The notes beneath the pieces were generated by a model that was given only the letters and a program-made list of their open reading frames with translations, did no database searches and had not been told where the DNA came from. Positions 37,939 through 50,790 of a stretch of DNA of 64,000 nucleotides are shown one piece after another. Made by a program: the position numbers and the translations under genes. Source of the stretch: Macrostomum hystrix (Eukaryota; Animalia; Platyhelminthes); the NCBI GenBank assembly GCA_950097015.1, contig CATNEN010000005.1, forward strand, positions 3,162,001 to 3,226,000, given 5' to 3'. Position 1 is the first letter of the stretch. Every line of letters begins with the position of its first letter.

Positions 37939-40600
37939 ATGGACGAATCTTTGAGCGTTGCGTCTGTGGACGATGAGTCCATCGATTTTGAGCACGCAGT
38001 AGTCAGCTTGGCCATCTCTCGCATAGTTGCCGATGCTGATTTTAAAGAATTCATCGAACTCAGTCTGCCCAACTGGGACGCGCATTTGAAATGGACTCTG
38101 AGATTGTTTCGCAGTCAGAGCCAGTCGGGACCATTTCTTAGCTATTTTCTGCATGTGCAACCGCGCGCCGCAATGTCTTATTATCGGGTTAAGGCAACAT
38201 TTAGCATCGATTTCAGTCTTCAACGAGCCGACGGTAAAGGCGCCCGCGTAGCCTTAAAGCGTCATCAACACTCTGACAAATTGTTTCAGGCCAGCGTTCG
38301 CGGTGTACAGCAGCTCACCTGGGGCATCAAGAATTTCATTTCGGTTAGTTATGAAAGCGATTATTTGCTTTTTAGATCAAGATCTCACCTCAAGACCACA
38401 TCTCATTTTTAGTATAATGGACTAGCACTAACTACCCCATTGAAGGGAGATCAAAACAAAGTGGATTTAGGAGAAAATAGAATGCTTTTAAGCGCTTGGC
38501 AAGGTAGAAAATTTACTTTGCTAACTTTAGAATAACAACAATTCATTTGGACCATGACATTTTACCAATGTGATATTTCATTTACAAAAGCTGACAATCT
38601 AGTCCTAACTGCAGGCAACCTATTCCCCTTTAGCAGAGAAGCAGGCAAGCAATGACTCCGCAGAAAATCAATCGACTATATCAATTAATTTTCATTATAT
38701 ACGCTGTATACTTATTCAAGCTTTGCGCTAGTTTTCATAGCTGCTCCGCAGTGATCGCAATCCTGCTTCTTCCCCCTAGAACTTGGGTTGCACGTAAGTT
38801 GCTTTCCGGGGGGCTAATTGGCAGAGCGGTCTAACGCGTTTGCCTTTCGCTCGCACCAAGGTCCCCGAGCTCGATTCCGCGGCGAGGCCACATTCATTTG
38901 GGGCGCAGCCTCTGAGAGAGGGCTTGAAGGCTGGCGTACAGTATATGTGTGTGCGTGTGTTTAGGAGTCAGCGGAATGGGCCGAATCGCCTTCTCGCTGT
39001 CTGCGGGTCTGGTGTCACCAAATGATATGCCATTGCCTGCAGCCCCCTGCAATTATTATTGTCATTATTATGAAAAGCTGATTTCCAGCTAATGCTCGCT
39101 TTTCTATTTTGAAACGCAGGTTCGCCGCCTTTCATCTGCCGCCCTGCCTAACTGCTTCGTCAACGATGCCAACGCTAGCGGCGGCGGTGTCGGCGGTGAA
39201 CGCCTTGTTGCTCGCCTGCGCATTCGAGTGCACGAAGTCTCGGATGGTATTGTACTACGCGAGAAGCCAATAGATCTCTGCTCGCCTAATATCCCTGGCA
39301 CTAATTTAACCATCGAGTGTCAGGACCGGCGTTTGTACTGTCATCGCGATGTACTGCTGTTAGAATCCGAGTTCTTTCGCGGCCTGTTGGCCAGCGATTG
39401 TCGTGAGAAACAGAGCGGCCTTGTCAACCTTGAAGACGAAGAATTCGATGAGGTTAATTTGCTGGATGCTGTGGTGGGCTAAAATTAAATTATTTGGAAC
39501 TCCAACATATATCGGTCAGGGGGGTCGGTGGCAGAGCGGTTATCGCGTTTGCCTCTCGCACCACGGTCCTTAAGTTCGATTCCACGGCGAGGCCACATTT
39601 AATTGGGGCGCAGCCGCGGAGAGAAGGCTTTGGGGGCTTGTTGTGCAATTTACGCCCTTGAGGGCCAACCTCCAAGGCACAGTGAGAGTGTACACTGCCT
39701 GACAATGAGAAATTCAGGGCAGATGTTCACACCTGTGTGAGTGTGTGCCTGCGTACGGTATCTGTGTGCGTGTGTGCTCAGGAGTCAGCGAAATAGGCAG
39801 AATTGCCTCCTCGCTGGCTGCGGGTCTAGTGTCACTAAATGATGTGCCATTGCCCGCAGCCCTCCTGCAATTATTATTATTATATTATTATAGCTTATAT
39901 CGGTCTTTGTAATTAAAAAGTGTTTTTTTCGATAGTACGTTAATTTTTTACGTAAAATTTAAGCCCCTCGAGCGCTGATTGGCTGAAATGACGCCGGTGG
40001 GTTTATTACTAATGGCGCTAAAAATAGATTATTAGGTAACTCTAGGTCACGAACGCTTATTGGTTGCGTTTAAAATGATTTCAGATTCGCGCCTTCCTAG
40101 AACAGCTCTACCCGGACTGCGGCGTCCCAGTTTCCATAGACAGTCTGGAGTCGCTCTGCCGACTAGCCGATAAATATCTGTGCGCCAAAGTGCGAGCCAA
40201 GTGCATACAATTTGTTATGCGCGTGTTAAACCCGTCTATCTGTCTGCACGTGTTGCTAATTAATTCGCTGTACATGAATTCGGCGTTCGTTGAACAGACC
40301 TGCCTAGAATTAGTTGAAGATCTAGCGTGGGGCGAAGTGAAATCGTCGGCTAGTTTTCTTAGATTAAGCTCTCCACAGCGCGCTATGGTTATGGAACGCC
40401 TTCTAGATAGGCGCGATGATGTCTCTTCGGCAGCTAGCAGCGGAGTCTCTCGATCCTCTAGCGCCCTGTGCCTGCCGCCATCGACTCCGCCACAGCAGCA
40501 TCATCAGCAGCAGCAGCAGCATCGACAGCACAATTCGACCGGCGCCGCTAATACTTCTGCTGGCAACGCCGGTCGCGGTAGAGGCTTTCAGTCGCTCTAA
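37939..40600 (+). CDS. MATH-like plus BTB/POZ domain protein (SPOP-like architecture); exons 37939-38343, 39120-39452, 40085-40600
   Basis: KWTLRLF...FLSYFLHV...WGIKNFIS (MATH-like); NLTIECQDRRLYCHRDVLLLESEFFRGLLASDCREKQSGLVNLED...FLEQLYP...LADKYL (BTB). Phase-0 junctions. Confidence 0.85.
38808..39070 (+). mobile_element. SINE family A with internal deletion, MATH-BTB intron 1
   Basis: TGGCAGAGCGG, GAGCTCGATTCC, GCCTGCAGCCCC and a (TTA)n tail. Confidence 0.85.
39518..39895 (+). mobile_element. Full-length SINE family A with 10-bp TSD, MATH-BTB intron 2
   Basis: TSD TATATCGGTC at 39508-39517 and 39896-39905; A and B boxes; (TTA)n tail. Confidence 0.92.
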
Positions 40601-40729
40601 TGCACCGAAGCTAGAGGTGGCTTGTCAGTTTTTTCAGCGTTTTCTGTGTTAACGTTTGTACGATTTTTTGTAGAATTATATATATATGTGTGCTATATAT
40701 GTCTTTGAAAGTTTTTGATAATATAGACT

Positions 40730-41365
40730 CAGTCTGAGCACTCATGAGTAGTGAAAGTGAGAATATAGACTCAACTTAAGCACTCTTTGAGTAGTAGAAT
40801 TGAGAAATGACTCAACTTGAGCACTCTTGAGTAGTGGAATTGAGAATAGACTCAAATTGAGCACTCCTGGATAGTGGAATTGAGAATATAGGCTCAACTT
40901 GAGCACTCTTGAGTACCCGCTAAAAATAGGGATGTTTCTTCGGGTGATTCCAGTTGGAATCTGCGGTGTTTCCAGAAAAAGAAACAGCCGAACGCTGGAA
41001 ACATACCAATCGGATGATTCCATGCTTAGAATCTACCCAACTGGGCGTTTTCTCGGTGCTTCTTGGTGGCGAAATGGAATCACCAAAAAAATCTTCCAGT
41101 TCGGAAGATTCCATGCTCAGAAACCGCCGAGGAATCGCCCGTAAATAATTCTCTGGTTGTCCCATGGGCCACTGTTTCGGGTGATTCTTCGGCGGTTTCC
41201 ACACAATTTACGGTTACATCGGCTGCTTCCTGGGTGGTTTCTTTAACTCTTGCGAGATAGGGGGGATTTCGGTAGATTCCACTCCTATTTTGCACAAAAA
41301 CCCGCCGAAGAAGCAGCCGAATTTTTTACAGGGTAGTGGAATAGAGAATATAGACTCAACTTGAC
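40730..41365. repeat. About 40-42-bp minisatellite (GAGTAGTGGAATTGAGAATATAGACTCAACTTGAGCACTCTT)n interrupted by a MITE
   Basis: The unit resumes on the far side of the insertion. Confidence 0.88.
40916..41333. mobile_element. About 420-bp MITE, copy 2
   Basis: Same TIRs as copy 1; TSD TA. Confidence 0.88.
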
Positions 41366-41719
41366 CTCTTATAGATCAAAGGTCTTAGCTACCAAATTGA
41401 TGCAGCTGTCTATTTGTTGTTAAATAAGTTTAATCTCTTGCCTATAAATTGTGTGTTTTTGCTTTAACTTCTTTTTCTAGTTGATCTTCTTTGTTTATAA
41501 TCTACAGTATAGTAGTTTTTATGTACTCAAACATTTATATGTTTTCAATAAATTCTATGGCGTTTACGCAGATCTTGAAAAAATACAGCGTTAGTTCTTG
41601 TTAGTTATTGTCTATAAGCAATGCACAACAATATATTTTAACTCTTGCAATGCGCTAAACATTTAATTTTTTGTACGTCTATTTGAACCACATCGTCTCA
41701 CTCTACTCTCAACATCAAT

Positions 41720-43985
41720 CTTTTTTGTCTACTCTCAGCATCAATCTCTTATCTCTATTCTGAGCATCAATCTCTTATCTCTATTCTGAGCATCAATCTC
41801 TTATATCTATTCTCAGCATCAATCTCTTATCTTTATTCTGAGCATCAATCTCTTATATCTATTCTCAGCATCAATCTCTTATCTCTATTCTGAGCATCAA
41901 TCTCTTATCTCTATTCTGAGCATCAATCTCTTATCTCTATTCTGAGCATCAATCTCTTATCTCTATTCTGAGCATCAATCTCTTATCTCTATTCTGAGCA
42001 TCAATCTCATATCTCTATTCTGAGCATCAATCTCTTATCTCTATTCTGAGCATCAATCTCTTATCTCTATTCTCAGCATCAATCTCTTATCTTTATTCTG
42101 AGCATCAATCTCTTATATCTATTCTCAGCATCAATCTCTTATCTCTATTCTGAGCATCAATCTCTTATATCTATTCTCAGCATCAATCTCTTATCTTTAT
42201 TCTGAGCATCAATCTCTTATATCTATTCTGAGCATCAATCTCTTATCTCTATTCTGAGCATCAATCTCTTATCTCTATTCTGAGCACCAATCTCATATCT
42301 CTATTCTGAGCATCAATCTCTTATCTCTATTCTGAGCATCAATCTCTTATATCTATTCTGAGCATCAATCTCATATCTCTATTCTGAGCATCAATCTCTT
42401 ATCTCTATTCTGAGCATCAATCTCATATCTCTATTCTGAGCATCAATCTCTATCTCTATTCTCAGCATCAATATCTTATCTCTATTCTGAGCATCGATCT
42501 CTTATATCTATTCTCAGCATCAATCTCATATCTCTATTCTGAGCATCAATCTCATATCTCTATTCTGAGCATCAATCTCTTATATCAATTCTCAGCATCA
42601 ATCTCTTATATCTATTCTCAGCATCAATCTCTTATATCTATTCTCAGCATCAATCTCTTATATCAGTTCTCAGCATCAATCTCATATCTCTATTCTGAGC
42701 ATCAATCTCTTATCTCTATTCTGAGCATCAATCTCTTATCTCTATTCTGAGCATCAATCTCATATCTCTATTCTGAGCATCAATCTCTTATCTCTATTCT
42801 GAGCATCAATCTCATATCTCTATTCTGAGCATCAATCTCTTATCTCTATTCTGAGCATCAATCTCTTATCTCTATTCTGAGCATCAATCTCTTATCTCTA
42901 TTCTGAGCACCAATCTCATATCTCTATTCTGAGCATCAATCTCTTATCTCTATTCTGAGCATCAATCTCTTATCTCTATTCTCAGCATCAATCTCTTATC
43001 TCTATTCTGAGCATCAATCTCATATCTCTATTCTGAGCATCAATCTCTTATCTCTATTCTGAGCATCAATCTCTTATCTCTATTCTGAGCATCAATCTCT
43101 TATCTCTATTCTGAGCACCAATCTCATATCTCTATTCTGAGCATCAATCTCTTATCTCTATTCTGAGCATCAATCTCTTATATCTATTCTGAGCATCAAT
43201 CTCATATCTCTATTCTGAGCATCAATCTCTTATCTCTATTCTGAGCATCAATCTCATATCTCTATTCTGAGCATCAATCTCTATCTCTATTCTCAGCATC
43301 AATATCTTATCTCTATTCTGAGCATCGATCTCTTATATCTATTCTCAGCATCAATCTCATATCTCTATTCTGAGCATCAATCTCATATCTCTATTCTGAG
43401 CATCAATCTCTTATATCAATTCTCAGCATCAATCTCTTATATCTATTCTCAGCATCAATCTCTTATATCTATTCTCAGCATCAATCTCTTATATCAGTTC
43501 TCAGCATCAATCTCATATCTCTATTCTGAGCATCAATCTCTTATCTCTATTCTGAGCATCAATCTCTTATCTCTATTCTGAGCATCAATCTCATATCTCT
43601 ATTCTGAGCATCAATCTCTTATCTCTATTCTGAGCATCAATCTCATATCTCTATTCTGAGCATCAATCTCTTATCTCTATTCTGAGCATCAATCTCTTAT
43701 ATCTATTCTGAGCATCAATCTCATATCTCTATTCTGAGCATCAATCTCTTATCTCTATTCTGAGCATCAATCTCATATCTCTATTCTGAGCATCAATCTC
43801 TATCTCTATTCTCAGCATCAATATCTTATCTCTATTCTGAGCATCGATCTCTTATATCTATTCTCAGCATCAATCTCATATCTCTATTCTAAGCATCAAT
43901 CTCATATCTCTATTCTGAGCATCAATCTCTTATATCAATTCTCAGCATCAATCTCTTATATCTATTCTGAGCATCAATTTCATAT
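41720..43985. repeat. 26-bp minisatellite (TCTATTCTGAGCATCAATCTCTTATC)n with higher-order duplications
   Basis: About 85 units; the marker variant GCATCGATCT recurs at 42491, 43322 and 43841. Confidence 0.96.
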
Positions 43986-44729
43986 CTCCATTCCCATTTA
44001 ACAGTCAGCTTTTTTGCTCCTGAATATAACGGATACAATTAAGGATTAAACTCTGCTACTTAACATATATTCCATTTTACAAAGTTTATCGTGCACCAAT
44101 TACTTTGTGTATTTTATAATAGATGTTTTTGTTAATAAAATGCAGTACAAATTTATCTCTCTAGATAAGTATTAATTAGTTTTCTCACTCTTGTGATAAT
44201 ATTCAGCATCGATTTGGACATAATTTATGGCTTTAAGTAATTTAGAAATACTATATTTATATGGAAAATTGTATAGAATTTTTTCTAGACAAATCTATTC
44301 ACATATATAGATATGTTTCAGAGAATACAGTATTTTGTGATTTGTATAAGAGCTCTCATTAGTATTTTAATTGTCTGATTCGTGCAAATCATTGTTTTGT
44401 ACATAATTTATTGTCAAATCAATCACATTATTTACAAACGTGTAACTTGCACGTTTGTCATTATTTTGCAATAGAAGTTTGTCATTGTTGACAAAAAATA
44501 CTTATTGAACTATACCGACGATGTTTGCGAATACGTAATAGATTTGTTTTATCGTATTAAAAATAACCAATTCGTTCAGATCAGCTCGCTTGTTGAAAAT
44601 AGTTACTGTTTTATTATCTCATTCGCATCGGGAACAAAATTTGCAAATAAACATCGTTACTTTTTTCGTTAGCACGTGTCTTTGTTTTCGCTTTGTTAGT
44701 CTTTTTCCTGTTTACTTTTTCGTCTTAGA

Positions 44730-45410
44730 TTCACCCCACTGTCTGTCTCATTCACCCCACTGTCTGTCTCATTCACCCCACTGTCTGTCTCATTCACCCC
44801 ACTGTCTGTCTCATTCACTGCACTGTCTGTCTCATTCACTGCACTGTCTGTCTCATTCACTGCACTGTCTGTCTCATTCACTGCACTGTCTGTCTCATTC
44901 ACTGCACTGTCTGTCTCATTCACCCCACTGTCTGTCTCATTCACTGCACTGTCTGTCTCATTCACCCCACTGTCTGTCTCATTCACTGCACTGTCTGTCT
45001 CATTCACTGCACTGTCTGTCTCATTCACCCCACTGTCTGTCTCATTCACCCCACTGTCTGTCTCATTCACCCCACTGTCTGTCTCATTCACTGCACTGTC
45101 TGTCTCATTCACCCCCTGTCTGTCTCATTCACTGCACTGTCTGTCTCATTCACCCCACTGTCTGTCTCATTCACTGCACTGTCTGTCTCATTCACTGCAC
45201 TGTCTGTCTCATTCACTGCACTGTCTGTCTCATTCACCCCACTGTCTGTCTCATTCACCCCACTGTCTGTCTCATTCACTGCACTGTCTGTCTCATTCAC
45301 CCCACTGTCTGTCTCATTCACCCCACTGTCTGTCTCATTCACCCCACTGTCTGTCTCATTCACCCCACTGTCTGTCTCATTCACCCCACTGTCTGTCTCA
45401 TTCACCCACT
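44730..45410. repeat. 21-bp minisatellite (CACTGTCTGTCTCATTCACCC/TG)n
   Basis: Two alternating unit variants. Confidence 0.95.
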
Positions 45411-45765
45411 GTCTGGCCCAATATTATAAAGAATGCACGTATTGATTGACCCTTCTGTTTTTACTTTCCAGCCAGGAGCCTCAGCAGAAAGATGTGAAGC
45501 AAATCACAACAGTTAAAGAAGAGTAACAAAATTATCTTCACTACTGCTTGTTGTTGAAGCTATCTAAAGATTTGCTTTCAGTTGCTTTCAATTGGAGACA
45601 ATGGCATCGTTTGTGCTTATCTAGTCTTCTGATTTGATTAGTGTTCAAGAAGGCAGTCATATCATCAGAGTCTATTACTGCACTGCATTCAAACAAGTTT
45701 TTCAATATTGCTTTAATCAGTGTGTTATTCGTTTACTTCTATCAGTCACGGAGTCTGAGTCAGTC

Positions 45766-45840
45766 ATGAGTGTCTATTCAAATGATTCCAACGATTCTGA
45801 CAGTTCTATATCTTCAACGTCTACTGTGTTAGATTCTGAT

Positions 45841-45874
<34 letters not shown>

Positions 45875-48800
45875 TAAATGGTACTCACTTTGCCAAGGCC
45901 TGCTTCAAATGCCGGCCACAGTCGCATCCGTTTGGCGAACGCCAGGTGCCAGTTGTGGAGTTGATTAAGATTGGCAGATCTGTTGCCAAATCAAAGCCGG
46001 ATTCTAACAATGCTATATTTGATTGCAAAGTGCTGAGTCGGAATCACGCAGTTCTGTGGTGCGTCTTCTGCTACCTATGTTTTAAGATGGGCTAAATTAA
46101 TTCAGTAAAGCAATGCATGCATACAGTTAGGCTGTAAATAATGTTAATAATAATTTCAGGGGGTTGTGGGCAATGGCACACCATTTGGTGACAGTAGACC
46201 TGCGGCCAGTGAGAAGACAATTCTGCCCATTATACTAAACACTCTCACAGGTGTGTACATCTGCCTTGGCTTTCTCATTGTCGAGGCGTAAATTTCACGA
46301 CAAGCGCCCAAGCCTTCTCTCCGCGGCTGCGACCCAAATTAATGCGGCCTCGCCGCGGAATCGAGCTCAGGGACCTGGCGGGAATTCCCTAGTCATGTAA
46401 CAGAAATTAGCCAATGAAATTTTGGGGTGGTTGGCGCTAACTCAATAGAAGCAGCAATTTGTAATTTTCCCCTATTGTTACCTTTAATTAAAATGATTTT
46501 TTCTCACTCGTTGAAGGTACGAAGACGGAAAATTCTGGCTAAAAGACACCAAAAGCAGCAATGGAACTTTTGTTAATAACCAGCGCCTAGGCAAAGGCAA
46601 TGAGGAGTCAGCGCCTAGAGAACTATACAGCGGAGACATTGTACAATTAGGCGTCGACGTGCTGGAGAACACCAAGAAGGTGACTCACGGCTGCATCATT
46701 GCCCAGGTGACTCTGTATCATCCTGACGGTACAGAGGCTAGGCGACCTCCGACATCATCGATGGTGCCTGGCGTCAGTGGAGCCGGCAGTGGCGGTGGTG
46801 TGAATTCTCTAGCCAATTCAGTGAATCAGGAGCAACTGTACCAGCTCAGTCAGTACCTGCAGGAGGCTCTGCATCGAGAGAGTACAATTGGCGCCAAATT
46901 AGACAAATTTCGCGAACTACTTGACAATGTTGGCGACATCGGTGAGGCTTCTTGGTCGGCCGTGCTAAACGAGGAGCGCCTTCTAGCTCGCCTTGAACTG
47001 CTGGAGAATCAGCTCGCTTTGGCTCGCTCCGGCCTAGTCAACGATGCCGGAGTTCGCGACTGTCTAGCCGAAGCTGTCGAGCGTCAGGCGCGCGCCGAGG
47101 AGTCGTTGAAGACTAGACTAGACGCCTGCCTGGATGAGCGAGGCCAGGCGCTGCAGCGGGCGAGCCAGCTCGAACGGAACTGGTTGGAGAGTCGCGACGA
47201 GGCGCGCGAACTGAGAGACGCCTGCGGTCAGGCGAGAGAGCGTCTTCAGGCTCTGTCAGCTCAGTACGACCGGGACACTGGCAGGCTTAAGCAAGAGCTG
47301 GCTGATGTCAAGCAGGAAGGCATGGCTTTGGCTGGCGAGGTAAGCTCTGATTCACTGTTAACGCGTTTGCCTCTCGCACCAAGGTCCCTGAGCTCGATTC
47401 CGCTGCGAGGCCACATTCATTTGGGGCGCAGCCGCGGAGAGAAGGCTTGGGGGCTTGACGTGCAAATTACGACCTTAAGGGCCAACCTCCTAAACACAGT
47501 GAGAGTGTACACTGCCTGACAATCAGCAAGACAGGGCAGATGTACACACCTGTGTTGTGGTGTGCGTGTGTGCTCAGGAGTCAGCGAAATGGGCAGAATT
47601 GCCTCCACGCTGGCTGCGGGTCTAGTGTCACCAAATGATGTGCCATTGCCCGCAGCCCTCCTGCAAATATTATTTTATATTTGAGCAAGACACTAAATTC
47701 CTTAATTCCCGATTCCCGATTATGGAATTCTAGATCCCATTCTCAACATCCAGATCCCCTTCTTAACTTCTAGATCTGATTCTCAACTTCTAGATCTGAT
47801 TCTCAACTTCTAGATCCCCTTCTCAACTTCTAGATTCCATTCTTAACTTCCAGATCCCCTTCTTAACTTCTAGATCCCCTTCTTAACTTCTAGATTCCAT
47901 TCTCAACTTCTAGATCATATTCTTAACTTCTAGATCCCCTTCTCAACTTCTAGATTCCATTCTCAACTTCTAGATCCTATTCTCAAAATCCAGATCCCCT
48001 TCTTAACTTCTAGATTCCATTCTCAACTTCTAGATTCCATTTTCAGCTTCTAGATCCTATTCTTTACTTATAGATGTGGGTCAAGTTGTTCTACTGAGGC
48101 AGCATAACCCAAGAAAGGACGGAGCTCTAGTGATTTCGAAGATTACCAAAAACGCCAGGCTTGAAATGGCCTGCGTGCACTATTTATATATTTTGACATT
48201 GCATCAACAAAACTAACCCACCTTACCCGGCAAAGACCGGTTTGGGGCAGACAGTAGTACCCCCAGCAAATCAAAGCACGCCACGTGCAATTGCACTCAA
48301 GGCGGCATGCAAGCCGCATACACAACACTTGTGTCACCGAATGATGTGCCATTAGTCGACGCTTTCGCAATCAGAAATATTTCGATGCGTCCTAAGTTCG
48401 AATCCGCTACGATACGGCACGACATTTCATGTTGTGTGGTATCACTAATTAAATCACAACTTGTCAACACAATGCAGATTCGAGATCTTGGCGGCGCACT
48501 AGTCGATAGGAACTTCGCCGATATCGATGGTGAATTATCGGCCTCTGCTCAGCCGGTTGCAGATCCGTCGCCTAGTGTCGCCGCCACGGACAACGCCGGC
48601 GTCAACCAATCCGTGACTTCGCCTGCGGTGGCGTCGTCATCGTCTTCCGAAACTGTAGAAGTTCGCGTTGGCCAAGCTACCACGGACATTGCTGTGCAAG
48701 CTTTTGGCGAGCACGCCTTGGAGTCGTCTGACGCTGCCGGTACCCCAGATGATGAGGCTGAAGCTGAACTGCGAACTCAGCTCCAGGTGAGATTGGGGTA

Positions 48801-50205
48801 GAATCGAATCGTGTGGGGTAGAATCGGATATTATGGGGGTAGAATCGGATGTTATGGGGGTAGAATCAGATGTTGTGGTGGTAGAATCGGGTGGTGTGGG
48901 GTAGACTCGGATGGTGCGTGGTAGAATCGGATGGTGTGGGGTAGAATCGGATGTTATGGGGGGTAGAATCGGATGGTGTGGGGTAGAATCGGATGTTATG
49001 GGGGTAGAATCGGATGGTGTGGGGTAGAATCGGATGGTGTGGAGTAGAATTGGATGGTGTGGGGTAGATTTGGATGGTGTGGAGTAGAATCGGATGGTGT
49101 GGAGTAGAATTGGATGTTATGGGGGGTAGAATCGGATGATGTGGGGTAGAATCGGATGTTATGGGGGGTAGAATCGGATGGTGTGGAGTAGAATTGGATG
49201 GTGTGGGGTAGAATCGGATGGTGTGGAGTAGAATCGGATGGTGTGGGGTAGAATCGGATGGTGTGGGGTAGAATCGGATGGTGTGGGGTAGAATCAGATG
49301 GTGTGGGGTAGAATCAGATGTTATGGGGGTAGAATCAGATGTTATGGGGGTAGAATCGGATGGTGTGGGGTAGAATTGTAAAGTTTAGGAATAAAATATA
49401 GTTGAGTATGGGGAGAAGTAGCAGGCCTATTATAAAGTAAGGCTGGAAACAAAAAGCGAAAAAACATTAATATTAGATACATTCGCTCTTATCCCGATAT
49501 GTATAGAAAAACAGAAAGAGCAATCCCCGCAATGACACTGGCCAGGTGTACCGTGACCTAGTCGCCGAGCAGCAGGACGCCCTTGATGTGTCCGGTCGCA
49601 ATGTGGCCAACCTGCGCCGCCAATTAGACTCAGCGCTGAATCAGATTGCCCAGCTGGAGCAGCACCTGTTGCAGGTTGAAGCGAACCCCGACTCTCCCCT
49701 AGAAGAAGGCGCAGTCTCTGACGCGGAGGCTGCAACACCTGACTGGCTGTTGGCATTGTTGCGCAGGTTAAAAGCCGATGCTGCTAGTTTAGCTCTAGCT
49801 GAACAGCTGCTTGCCAGGGCTGCCAGCTCTAAGCAACCCGAAGCAGCAGCAGCAGCAGTTTCCCCTGAAGATCTTCGGCAAAGTCTGAGCAGTCGTCTAG
49901 CCGACTCTCTAGCCGAGACTGAACGACTTAGAGCCGATTACGCGGCCTCCCTGGAACGCGTTGCCGGCGTTGAAGCCGAACTAGTCGAAGGTCGACGCGA
50001 ACGCGATCGTCTGGCCGAACAGTGCAGAGAACTGCAGGCCGCGTCTAGGCGCGCACTGGAAGCCGAGCGTCAACAGTTGCAACGCCTGACCGATAGGAAT
50101 AGGCTGCTATCAGCTGCCGCTGTTCTGCCACTGCTGGTGCTGCTGCTGTCGCTAACTGTGTCTCTGTACGGCTGGCTCACTGCCGCAACTCCTTCAACAG
50201 GTTGA
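45766..50205 (+). CDS. SLMAP: Sarcolemmal membrane-associated protein (FHA, coiled coil, tail anchor); exons 45766-46058, 46517-47339, 48478-48786, 49546-50205
   Basis: FHA motif [13 protein letters not shown]...[32 protein letters not shown]|[24 protein letters not shown]...[23 protein letters not shown], long coiled coils and a C-terminal TM. Exon 3 is less certain. Confidence 0.93.
46143..46378 (-). mobile_element. SINE family A in SLMAP intron 1
   Basis: Reverse complement of the family A body and B-box (GGAATCGAGCTC). Confidence 0.82.
47357..47680 (+). mobile_element. SINE family A in SLMAP intron 2
   Basis: GAGCTCGATTCC B-box, conserved body and tail. Confidence 0.87.
47710..48070. 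repeat. 20-bp minisatellite (TTCTAGATCCCCTTCTTAAC)n in SLMAP intron 2
   Basis: Tandem units visible. Confidence 0.9.
48795..49375. repeat. 20-22-bp G-rich minisatellite (GGTAGAATCGGATGGTGTGG)n in SLMAP intron 3
   Basis: Starts about 9 nt after the donor. Confidence 0.93.
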
Positions 50206-50529
50206 CCGACTGGCGACTGTTGCTAACGACTCATCGTCATTGTCCCTTGTTGGCCTATGTGGCCTCTCTTTATTATTATTTAGTTTTTTATATCCTTTTG
50301 ATCACCTGTGTAGCTGTCTGATGTTCATTCAATAGGTCATTGTAAGCTGTCCACCATTCCCTAGTCTACTCTCATCCCTCCACCTCCCTTTTACCCTCTC
50401 GTCTCCCCTCTCCCTTAAATCCCTAAATCCCTGACCTGACAAAGAATATTTAAATATTTATAATATCGATAATTTTACTTTAAACCTCTTCGCTTTTTCT
50501 TTACCTTGCCCGGAATCGAAGGCGCCCTC

Positions 50530-50790
50530 CTTATCTCCCTCTCCTGCCCTCTCCCTCATCTCCCTCATCTCCCTCTCCTACCCTCTCCCTCATCTCCCTC
50601 TCCTACCCTCTCCCTCATCTCCCTCTCCTACCCTCTCCCTCATCTCCCTCATCTCCCTCTCCTACCCTCTCCCTCATCTCCCTCTCCTACCCTCTCCCTC
50701 ATCTCCCTCATCTCCCTCTCCTACCCTCTCCCTCATCTCCCTCTCCTACCCTCTCCTCATCTCCCTCTCCTACCCTCCTTCATCTCCCTC
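50530..50790. repeat. Pyrimidine-rich about 25-bp minisatellite (CCCTCTCCCTCATCTCCCTCTCCTA)n after SLMAP
   Basis: Tandem units visible. Confidence 0.88.

Noticed and set aside
39805-39818. GCCTCCTCGCTGGC in SINE family A, identical to the P3/L3 of the genomic HDV ribozyme as I recall it
   Set aside because: No GG follows the would-be P1 to form P1.1, there is no adjacent P2 pairing or C-N-R-A J4/2, and the same bases form a covarying 3' stem with GCCCGCAGCC. An RNAMotif/Infernal search or cleavage assay would be needed to revive it.
47340-47519. C-terminal extension of the SLMAP exon-2 ORF ([16 protein letters not shown]...)
   Set aside because: It is read-through past a GTAAGC donor into an intronic SINE.
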